From positions 120,652,001 to 120,716,000 of the forward strand of contig OX597817.1 of the NCBI GenBank assembly GCA_951406725.2: a DNA stretch of 64,000 bases, in the 5' to 3' direction. Source of the DNA: Octopus vulgaris. Lineage: Eukaryota. The first letter of the stretch is position 1. Each line of letters opens with the position of its first letter. The position numbers were made by a program, and so were the translations under genes. The notes beneath the pieces are model-generated. The model saw only the letters and a list, made by a program, of their open reading frames with translations. It did no database searches and was not told where the DNA came from. Shown here in pieces: positions 14,882 to 26,053 of this stretch.

Positions 14882-15216
14882 GTTTGAGCAAATAGAAAAG
14901 AAGTAACATTGAGTATCTTCATTGATTTTAAAGCATCCTTCAGTTCTAGCTAGAAGGTGATGACAGCAATAAGTATAGATCCAAGGATTGTATGAACTAC
15001 AGAGGCACTATGCAATAATAACACTGTGCTATGGTTATGAATAATCCTCTGATATTTTTGAAGCATATGTGGGTCTGAGGCAAACTTGCTGCAGTTCCCA
15101 ATCCTTTCAATATCTTCCTAAAATTTGCTATGAAATGACTGAAAGATTTGGATAAAATTCTGACACACACTGGTACACTCTCCATAAATATCAGATATGG
15201 TGGCAACACATCCTAT

Positions 15217-15642
15217 TTACATTATTTACATTTGACAGATATTTGTCCTCGTCTTGATTGTTGTTAGCACAATATTTTGGCTGATGTACCCTCCAACCTT
15301 CATCAGGTATCTTGGGGAAATTTCGAACTTGGGTTCTCATTCCTAAGGTATTTTTTGATATCATTATTATTAAGATTATTAGATTTATAGCCCTAAAATT
15401 GCCCACAGGCATATGGCATAGTGGTTAAGAGTGCAGGTACTAACCCCAAGATTCTGAGTTCAATTCCTGGCTGTGACCTGAATAATAATAATAATATTCG
15501 AAAAATACCTTAGGAATGAGAACCCAGGTTCAAAATTTCCCAAGACACCTGATGAAGGCTGAAGGGTATATCAGCTGAAAAGTAGTGTTAACAACAAACA
15601 AACTGAGGAGAAGTATCCATCAAATGTAAATATAGAACTGTA
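15217..15642 (+). mobile_element. Composite insertion: inverted truncated copy (15217-15380) + tRNA-like head (15405-15479) + (AAT)n + hammerhead-bearing body
   Basis: 9-bp TSD acatcctat at 15208-15216 and 15643-15651. The two arms are reverse complements. A-box TGGCATAGTGG and B-box GAGTTCAATTCC in the head. Confidence 0.85.
15544..15589 (+). ncRNA. Minimal type-I hammerhead ribozyme motif
   Basis: GACAC-CTGATGA-A-GGCTGA[loop]TCAGCT-GAAA-AG-TA-GTGTT: stem I GACAC/GTGTT, core CUGANGA/GAAA, GUA cleavage triplet. Confidence 0.75.
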
Positions 15643-16407
15643 ACATCCTATGGTATTTACAAATTGAAAATATCTACTAAACTAAATGAAGCATTTTACA
15701 AATATACAGTATGGATATAAATGACATGTAGAGCAAACTTCTCTCACTGTGAAAGCAATTGATCTAAATGGATGATTCTGAGATAGACATGCAATAGTCT
15801 GTATTTCCCTGTTGAATAGTACCAAATGGATCAGAAAATGTGTGTAAAACAGGTCTCACTAGAGTCTGCAGCACTTGGAAGACTAAGAAACATGATCTGT
15901 AACAGGCAGGATAGCAACCAACTGGAAGCTCTATTATTCAACACCCTTATTCTCTATTAAACATGAAGACTACAATGTGACAATACATGAAAACTAGAAG
16001 TTTCTGAAATTTTGTATCTATGATTTATATATTATGAATTGTCTTATAATAATATCCCAAAGGAACTTCAGATATTGTTATGAGACAGACATAGATATAC
16101 TTTCATAACAAAAGCTCTTAACATGACATTCACCATTACTGTCATAATAATAAGAAATGGATAAAGCAACTCAATCATGTTATTAGAAGGTCACCTTATG
16201 ATAATACAATGCTGGTATTCTGCCCAAACAACCTAAACCTAAGATAATGTGGTAGTTTAACTAAAACATGGATGTTTCAGATCTGCAAATGATATAGGTT
16301 TATCATCCAACAGAGGAGAACAGATCAGTCAATGAAAGGGGTTGGCAGTGGTCTTGTTTGCAGGAGTGGGTGAATATCCAAAAAGGACTCAGAATATATA
16401 TATATAT

Positions 16408-16552
16408 CATCATCATCATCGTTTAACATCCACATTTCATGCTAGCATGGGTTGGAAGATTTGACTGAGGTCTGGCAAACCAGACTCCAATCTGATCTGG
16501 CAGAGTTTCTACAGCTGGATGCCCTTCCTAATGCCAACCACTCCGAGAGTGT
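16408..16552 (-). mobile_element. RTE-tailed SINE family E, 3' fragment
   Basis: (CAT)n gtttaacatccac...ggatgcccttcctaatgccaaccactccgagagtgt. Confidence 0.85.
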
Positions 16553-16563
16553 ATATATATTAA

Positions 16564-16866
16564 TAGTTATCACCAAGCTAACATGGCAGTCCAGAAAAAT
16601 AGGATGAATGCTGCTGTTGATTAGCTCCAAGAGGCCATTGTCTCTAGCTAGCTAGATGCGATGGCCTCTTGGAGCTAATCAACGGCAGCATTTGTCCTGT
16701 GTCACATAGCTAGCTAGAGGCGATGGCCTCTTGGAGCTAATCAATGGCAGCATTCATCCTATTTTTTTGTACTGCCATGTTAGCTTGGCGATAACTAATT
16801 ATATCCAGTACCACTGCTGTAGTCCCCTTTATAGAGAATTACAAATAATGATATTTCTATTTTATA
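16564..16866. repeat. Asymmetric palindrome (~90-bp arms 16564-16654 and 16707-16797) with internal partial duplication and unique 3' tail, between TA tracts
   Basis: The arms are near-perfect reverse complements. Confidence 0.88.
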
Positions 16867-16884
16867 CACACATATATATATATA

Positions 16885-17140
16885 TATAAAATAATATGTT
16901 ACAATTATTCAATAGTCAAGATAAAAGTCTGAGTTTCGGATGCCGAAGTGGAAATCCACAACACCATCTCTTCGGCCAGAAAACCGAAGCGATGGTGTTG
17001 TGGATTTCCACTTCGGCATCCGAAACTCAGACTTTTATCTTGACTATTGAATAATTGTAACATGTTATTTTATAGATAAATTTCCTCTATTTACATAATA
17101 TTGAGGTCTCTTTCTTTCTTTTGTTATCTTACCGTTTTTA

Positions 17141-17143
<3 letters not shown>
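16885..17143 (+). mobile_element. Asymmetric palindrome (~90-bp arms, 8-nt spacer) with hammerhead-like motif; probable PLE 3' end plus inverted copy
   Basis: 16885-16975 is the reverse complement of 16984-17073. The right arm reads AAAA-CCGAAGC-GATG..CATC-C-GAAA-CTCAG-AC-TTTT. Flanked by (TA)n. Confidence 0.7.
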
Positions 17144-17177
<34 letters not shown>

Positions 17178-19339
17178 AGGTTATGTTAAGAATAAGAATG
17201 CATGTAAATATAATGTGGAAGCACCATAGAGCTGTAGTAAGCTTTTCATAAGCTAGTCTATAGCCCTGTAATTTTGTTGCAATTTTCCAAAAGAATTAAT
17301 TGAAGTTGAAGGGGCACCATTTTCTGTCAGTAGATAAAATTCAGATGGTATTGCAAGTGGTATCAGATGCCTTCTGTAGTGTTTTTTGGGGCATGGAAGA
17401 AACACTGGGGTCAGTGTGTGTGTACATTCCCAGTCAGACTATTTTGATGGGAATGGTGTTGGCATATAAATAATTTATGAAATACGTTATATATTAGAGT
17501 ATTGGTTCAATCTCTTTGTATTATTCCATTATACTCAGTCTTTGTTTCTGTATAATTTTAATTTGTATAAATTTAATTTGTAGACACAATGGTTGAGATG
17601 ATAGCTTAACAAGAAGTAAGTGTCCTTGAAATGAGTTTTATTTGCAAGAAAGGAGGGAAGGAAAGGTAAAAAAAAAAGGACAAAAATGGTAAAAATTATT
17701 AAGCAGCTTCTGTAATCCAGGGTTTAGACATAAATTATTAAAGAAGCAATCAAATGAAATGATATACATTTCTGGAAGGTAATTTGTAATTACCTATTTC
17801 TTTTAGTACTTAACAAATTAGTTTGTCGTATTTTTTTTTCCCTTTGTTAACTACTATATTTTATTTCATTACCTTTTACTGTTACTATACTTTACACCCT
17901 GATGTTGTCTTGTATTACTCGAGTTTTGTATATATTATTTAACTATCTTCTATTATGTTTAGAAATCCACTAATTAGTTTCACTTATTTGCTTCGTTAAC
18001 TGCTTTTACTTAATCATTTATAAATGCCCTTACTACTATAGCCTATTTATGTTCACTGTGTATCTCTCCCTAGACTGAACTCTTTTATTTTACCTTACCT
18101 TTAATTAACACCTATTACACACCCTCACTAGTCTAACATCAGTATGTGGTCTATTTCACCTATATTTACTTTATATTTCTTTTTACTTTGCTATTTTCCC
18201 TTTGTTTCAATTTTCAGGTTTGTTTACAGTATATATTCTAATTCCAGCTCTTCACCACAAAGCAGTCCCATTACAGCTAGTTCATTAATCATCTTTTGTT
18301 ATTGTTTACAACATCTTTTTTTTTACTTCTCTTCCTCTTTTTCTGTCTTCTCCTTATTCTTCATCTCTCTCTTTCTTTATCTCTCTCACCCTTTTTGTTT
18401 TCTTTTCTTCTCTTTCTTCTCCTACCTTCTTATCGTATATCTTACTTCCATTTCAGTTTTACTTAGTTTTTCTTTATCTTCTCTGACACCTTCTTATATA
18501 CACACAATCTTCCAAGACTGCTGGACCTCTTTTCTCTTCTAGAAATGTAGGTTATTAAATTAATCACCTATGTTTTCCTTAATATTTCAACCTTGGATTA
18601 TAGATACTATTTACTTAGTTAATAACTCTTACCATTAACTTTTCTTACACTTACAATTTTTTGCAAAAGTTGTTCATATTCAAAAGTAAGTGAACAGCTA
18701 CTATACACAACTCTGTGTGTGTGTGTGTGTGTGATGGTAAATTGGCAAAATCACCAGAATATCGGATAAAATGTTTAGTAGCATTTCTTCTGACTCTCTG
18801 CTTCCTGAGTCCAAATCCTGCCAAGGTCAACTTTGCCTTTCCTCATTTAGGGATCAACAAATAAAGAACAAGTCAAAGATAGTGGGATGGCAAAATTCTT
18901 AAAGCATTGGATGAGATGTCTTGTGGTACTATCTGCTTTTGCTCTATGCATTCTGAATTCAAATAATGCCTGAAGTTGCACAAAAGAAAAAAGGAAAAAA
19001 CAATTGCCAGTCACACTTAAGTCAGAATTTATGACTGACTTATTGTAATCAATAATTGAAGGAAAACCTCTCAAAACACAGTTTCCTTAATTTGACAGGA
19101 AGATCAGTTTCCATCGTAAATATGCTTGTGTGCATATGTATGCATGTGTGTGTATGTATGTGTATATGTATTTATGTCTGAATGCATCTGTGCATGGATG
19201 TTTATATACACACATGCATATATATATCTATAATATATGTACATAGAAATTATATATATATACACATATGTGTATGTATATATATGGGTGTGTGTGTGCA
19301 TATGTGAATATGTGCATATATATGTATGTTTTTCTCCTA

Positions 19340-19595
19340 TGATTGACCAGACTATCAGATGTTGTTATAGATCACTGGTTACAATGTGATTTGCGTTGCT
19401 TTAGCTTTTTGAATGATGCCACCATACTGCCTAGCCAAGCAGGATAACATTATCCTCTGATTGGAAGGCTGTTCTATCACAGGTTTACCCATTTACAGCT
19501 GAGTGTACTGGAACAATGTGAAATGAAGTGTTTTGCTCAAGGACACAATGTACAACCAATCTGGGAATTAAAACACCAAACCACTGGACCATGTA
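19340..19595 (-). mobile_element. CORE-type tRNA SINE family D
   Basis: Reverse complement contains tgtgtccttgagcaaaacacttcatttcacattg (CORE-like). A related head lies at 52030-52148. Confidence 0.7.
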
Positions 19596-19618
19596 CTTCC
19601 CATGTGAGTGCATGCATG

Positions 19619-19747
<129 letters not shown>

Positions 19748-19843
19748 GATAATAAATAGTAAATAACATATTATATATATACATACAAATATGCATATAC
19801 CCAGGCGATCACCCAGGCGATCACCCAGGCGGCGCGCATAGCA

Positions 19844-19887
<44 letters not shown>

Positions 19888-20222
19888 TTGTATGCATATA
19901 TATGTGTGTATGCGTGTGTGTGAGTGTGTGTGCGTGTGTATGCATATTTGTATGTGTATATGTGTGTGTGTGGTTTATACACATGCATACAGGCACACGC
20001 ATGCACACACACACACATACACACACTCACACATTCAAGCACACAAACGTACAAATTTTGAAAATAAAGTTGACTTTGGTAGAATATGAACTCAGAATGC
20101 AGTAAGCTAGAAGGGATATTGTAACACATTCTATCTTCCAACCTAATGACTCTGGCAACCTTCTATATGTATATGCCTGCAGGCGTATGTATTCATATAT
20201 GTGCCTGTATGGATACATGTGC

Positions 20223-20265
<43 letters not shown>

Positions 20266-20591
20266 TGAGAACATATGTGTATAGACACATATAACCTCAA
20301 ATAATCCTCAATCCCCAGCTGCTCATCTAACTAATTCAGTAATACGATCTCTGGTATAATAAATATATAGATGTATTGTTTGCATGTTGGCACATACACA
20401 CACGCAGACCCACATTCCTGACCTTTAATTCCTTTCATGTATTATTTTCTATGACTGTTCTATATTATGTTTGATAGTCTGTGCCATTCGATTTTCATCT
20501 CCTATTCCATATTTTCACGCTTTATATTAACTATTAATCTAGCTCCAAGGATATCGGTCCATATGTCTGCAGTTTATAATGCACTGAACAG

Positions 20592-20656
<65 letters not shown>

Positions 20657-20667
20657 TATCATATCTA

Positions 20668-20712
<45 letters not shown>

Positions 20713-21389
20713 ATCTATCTATCTATCTCTCTATCTATCTATCTATTTATCTCTCTATCTGTCTATCTACCTATCTCTCTCTCTCTATCTATCTATCATA
20801 TATACATATATATATATATATGTATATGTATATGTGCATGTGTGTTGCTCTGTGTGTATGTAAAAATGTATACATGTATGTACACACACACAAACACACA
20901 CACACACACACACGCATACATATATTCTTTTATTCTTTTGCTGATTTCAGTCATGGGATTGTAAACAGGCTGTGGCACTGCTTTCTGAGTATGTAGATGA
21001 TGACATAGACCAACGATGAAAGCCAAACTAAATGTAATATATAAAACATATGCATCGAGATATTTTTCTGATGGTCTACTGATTATGCCCCTCCTACCCC
21101 TCCCCCCCGCTACCACACACACAATCAGATACTTATAAGCTCATATGTACACATTTACATATAAGTCTCTACAATGATATCAAAAAAATTAATCGAAAGT
21201 GAACACAACAACAGTATTATATATTTTATAGTATAGAGAGATGTTGTAAATGGCTATTGTGACTCTTGCACAATATACTAGTTTCATTTTCAACTCATGA
21301 CCTCAAATCATGTCACTTGTCAAACAATTACAACTAATATGCATGTGTGTTTGTGTGTGGGGGTGGGTGCTGTGTGTGTAGATATAATG

Positions 21390-21725
21390 GATACATGCAT
21401 ATCATATGCAAGCATGGCTGTGTGGTAAGAGATTTGCTTCATAATTGCATGGTTTCAGGTTCAGTCCCACTATGTGGCATCTTTAGGAAGTGTGTTCCAC
21501 TAAAGCCTTGTGAGTGGATCTGGTTGATGGAAACTGAAAGAAGCCCATTGTGTGTATGTCTGTGTGTATGAATATAATGAATACATGCATATGCAAGCAT
21601 GGCTCCAGGTTCAGTCCCACTATGTTGCACCTTTAGGAAATGTCTTCTACTAAAGCCTCGAGCAGACCAAAGCCTTGTGAGTAAATCTGGTTGATGGAAA
21701 CTGAAAGAAGCCCATTGTGTGTTTT
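21390..21725 (+). mobile_element. Tandemly duplicated family A SINE head
   Basis: Two consecutive caggttcagtcccactatgt...ctttagga...aaagccttgtgagt...aaactgaaagaagcccattgtgtgt blocks. Confidence 0.8.
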
Positions 21726-21778
<53 letters not shown>

Positions 21779-22574
21779 GTATGTTTGTGTCACTTTGTCT
21801 TGATATTGCTCAACTGTTGTAGGTAAATATCATTCATTTTTAGTATTCTGTGAAAACTTGCTTGGAAACAGATTTGGTTTGGCAACAGAAAGAGCATCTG
21901 CCTCAATAAACTCTGTCTAAAAAGTGTATATTGAAACAATGGCGATCAGTGGCATGCCATGCTGGTGGCATGTATAAAGCGCCTTTTGAGCATTGGGCCT
22001 CACGGAGGCAAAGTGGCCGATGCTGGTGGCACGCGAATAGCTCCTTTTGAGTGTTGAGCCTGACAGAGGCAATGACCAAGACCTTTGGCATTATGTCGTG
22101 CTTGAGAAGAAGACCCATCAAGCTGAGCAAAATCAAAGTCATGGCAGATGCTGGAGTCATGTAAATGGCACTAATGGGTGCTATTTGTTAGACTGGGTGA
22201 CAGATTAAATCTATCACCCAAGCAAACCATGGTGAGATTTGATTTCAAAATACAAAGGGATGGAACTAATACTGCAAGCCATCTCCTTTAAAATAATAAA
22301 CTTTCTACCTATCCAACAGTTGAGATTGGTACTTTAATTTGCTGTCCCTAGAAATATAAAAAGTAAGGTTGGCTAAATGTATCTGGCTGTATGGTTGTTT
22401 AATCTCTGCGGGACATTTGAACTGTTATTTATAAGGTGCAGGGAATGGCTGTGTAGTAAGAAGTTTGCTTCCCAACCAACATGACTCCTTACGCAAAGTC
22501 TTCTACTACAACTCTGTGAGTGGAGGATTTGGTAGACAGAAACCAAAAGAAGGCGATCATATATATATATATTT

Positions 22575-22845
22575 ATCATCATCATCATCATCATCGTTTA
22601 ATGTCCGTTCTCCATGCTAGCATGGGTTGGACGGTTCGACTGGGGATCTGGGAAGCCAGAAGGCTGCACCAGGCTCCAGTCTTATCTGGCAATGTTTCTA
22701 CAGCTGGATGCCCTTCCTAACACCAACCACGGTCGGATTGGTGTATTTTATGTGCCACCGGCACGGAAGCCAGTCAAGGCGGCGCTGGCATCGGCCACGA
22801 GTCAGATAGTGCTTTTTACGTACCACCAGACCAGGGATCCTGGCT
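22575..22845 (-). mobile_element. RTE-tailed SINE family E
   Basis: (CAT)n tail, ggatgcccttcc block, gtgccaccggcac monomer. Confidence 0.85.
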
Positions 22846-22849
22846 GAGA

Positions 22850-23330
22850 TAGATAACGGGAAAGTTTACGAAAATAAACAAAAGACAAAGGCAGGTGTAG
22901 TACAAACAAACAAATGTATTAGTATAGCGCTCAGGAATAGAAATAGAAAAAGTCTTTTACGTTTCGAACCTACGCTCTTCGACAGAAAAATACACAGAAA
23001 AAAACAAGGAGAGAAGAAAAATGCGTGTAGGAGCTAACGATCTATCATGGCATCCTGACTTTGGGCAGTGGTCAGATGTGAGAAGGACAGTAGGGGAGAT
23101 AACAGGGTCAAGTGACTTCCAATACGAAGGTGCTCCCAACACAAAGGCGCGTGTGTGTATAAGAGAGTACGTATGTGCGTGTGAAAGAGAGCTGGTGGTC
23201 TGGATGTGTGTGTGTATGTATGTGTGGGTGTGGAGATGTGGGGATGGGTGTGTGGGTGGTGTGTTGTGATGTGATATGTGTATGTATGTGTAGGTGTAAA
23301 GATGTTAGGATGGATGTGTGGATATATATG
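22850..23330 (-). mobile_element. Probable PLE 3' end with variant hammerhead (22954-22989)
   Basis: Reverse complement reads TTTT-CTGTCGA-A-GAGC-GTAG-GTTC-GAAA-CG-TA-AAAG. A CA-rich region upstream on the minus strand resembles the 3' UTR of the 47234-49762 element. Abuts a TA tract. Confidence 0.55.
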
Positions 23331-23345
23331 TATATATATATATTG

Positions 23346-23399
<54 letters not shown>

Positions 23400-24403
23400 A
23401 GGAGTAAATGTAAGGATGAGCAAGTTAGGCAAATCGGTATGCAAACAATATTAAATACTTATAAAATACTTATTCAATCTCTGTAATTCTTGATATCATT
23501 TCTACTCAAGTTTAAATCACTTGAGTATTATGATGTGTATTCTATACGGAGACTATCAGTCTCTCATCTCTAAACTATATAAATATGTATGTATGCATCT
23601 ATACTAATTTATATGTGCATGTGTATGTATTGCTGTCTCCTTGACCTTAAAATCATGTGGTAATGGTCAATGACTGACACTGTCATGCAAGCATCATCAT
23701 TCATTTCCAATATTCTTAGGGCAATAATTACCTTGCCTGGAAACAGTTGTGAATGGTGACAAGAAAGGCATTTGGCTGTAGAAAATCTGCCTCAGATATC
23801 CTACATCTAACTCATGCAAGCATAAGAGTGTGGATGGTAAATGCTGCTGCTGCTGCTGCTGATTATGACTCCTAGTAGATTGTTTAGCAATATACACACT
23901 CTTTTATTGGTCATCATTTCATGCTTAGAGGGTTAATAATCACCATCCAACCTAAGAGCTTGGGAAAACAAGCATTCATACTAAGACAATGATGAGTATG
24001 ATATGGTGTAGTATGAAAGTGTCAGTTTTGCATATTCATGCATGTATATGAATATGTGTGTATATGCATTTATGCTTGTGTGAGTATGTGTGTATGGGAT
24101 ACATGTGTTTATTACGTCTATATGGGAAGGCATATATATATTAAATTCAATTATATTTATTGTCATTATATGTATTAAAAAAAAGTATGAGACAAGATTA
24201 AATGAAATCAAAACCTGAAGCACAATCTAATTATGGCTTGATTTATTCCAGTGGAATTAATATTTTGTAAATGAAGCAAAAAAAGTAAATAAATACTCCA
24301 AAACTGCATCGACTAATAATATAGTATGTGTGTATGTATATACATATTTATACATACACACATATATATATACATATGGGCATGTGTGTGAATAAATACA
24401 TAC

Positions 24404-24449
<46 letters not shown>

Positions 24450-25018
24450 GTATATGTACGTGTGGTGTATGTGTGTGTATAAAACAAAACATATATGCAT
24501 CATTTTCCCTACAAATTTAACATTTTGTTTTAAAGAAATTTGGTTTATTTTAGTTAGATAATGGTGGTCGACTGATGCAAAGTAAAAATGTGTGACAAAC
24601 TGCCTTGCCTCATTTAATTAATGTTTTAAAGCAACATATCTTCTCCATATATTTCTGAGTTTTGGCTTTGTCCTTCATCCTGCTGTCTTTACATCTATCT
24701 AAGTATATGTATGTGTGCATGAGCATCATCATGCTTTAGCACTTGTTTTCCATGCTGGCATGAGTTAGATGGTTTGACCAGAGCTAGCAAGCTGGAAAGT
24801 TGAACCAAGTTCCAATTTGATTTGGCTTGGTTTCTAAGAGTGGATGTCCTTCCTAATGCCAACCACTTTCACTGATGCTTTCTACATGGCACCAGCATGA
24901 GTGCTTTTTATGTGGCACTAGAAGGAATGCTTTTTGTGTGGCACCGGCACAGAACTCTTGCAGGCTAATCGCCTCCACCAGGGGATGCAGCCTTAACACT
25001 TCTGTTGTGGAGGATGGT

Positions 25019-25052
<34 letters not shown>

Positions 25053-25325
25053 TATTGCATTTCTAAATCTCTCAGAGAGATTTATACAGGAGCAGCATGA
25101 TAAGGTGATATTATGTTGCTAACTTAATGTAGAAGTCCCATGAAAGGGAAGAATGCTACTGCTATTTAACCCTAGTAAACACCGTTTCCAATTGGCTATA
25201 ACACATTTTTTGTGTCCTTATGTTTTCAAAAGGGGAGATAATCACCTCTATTTATCATTGGATTTATATTTTGGTGTGCTCATGGTTCAATTTTATTAAT
25301 TGATCCACTGAAAATATAGAAAATA

Positions 25326-25384
<59 letters not shown>

Positions 25385-25392
25385 TATATATG

Positions 25393-25440
<48 letters not shown>

Positions 25441-26053
25441 TATGGTGGTGCAAACAGGTAAAAGTAGAACTCAAAATATGAGTATATGTATATTTTTATT
25501 AATATTTAGCAGAAGCAACAGAGTGACTCAAAGTCTGAGAATTTGCCAAACTATAAGAGTTGCAGCAAAATTGCACATGCACACACACACATACTTTGCT
25601 TTCATTTTCTGTCTACTAAATACATCGACAATTGGTCTGCCGGCAGTTAATTGCCCAACATGCTATGCAATGGGACTGAACCTGAGACCACATGGCTGGG
25701 AAGCAAGCTTCTTAACCACTTAACCACTCCTATACATTGTAAATGATCATCTGTTAATGCAAGGAAGTGTATGAAAATTGCAAGAGATACAAATCTTGAA
25801 GAGAGGCAGTGATAAAGTGGTTTATCCATTAACAATTTTGCAGCAGTGACAAAGTGGTTTATCAATCAATGTCTCTAGTGTACAAATTGCTGCTACCAAG
25901 CAAACTACATGTCTTTGCATCAAGAATTTTGAACTAGTAATGGGTAGTTATGGTGATTGTTGATATCCTGTTGATATTCCTGTACAGTGTGTAAAAATTT
26001 ACCTATGGTGTATCAGATAATAGACTAACCCAAACAATAATAATAATAATAAT

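Larger units (their letters stand above)
14960..16340 (+). mobile_element. Old non-LTR (RTE-like) reverse transcriptase remnant, interrupted by the 15217-15642 insertion
   Basis: GLRQ..(frameshift)..PILFNIFLKFAM near 15070-15135 resembles RT motif GxRQGxxLSPxLFNIF. INIRYGG sits at the YADD position. Heavily decayed. Confidence 0.6.

Noticed and set aside
18144-18542. 132-aa and 209-aa (47756) hydrophobic ORFs resembling membrane proteins
   Set aside because: Low-complexity T/C-rich DNA yields F/L/S/I-rich frames, and the second lies in a PLE 3' UTR.
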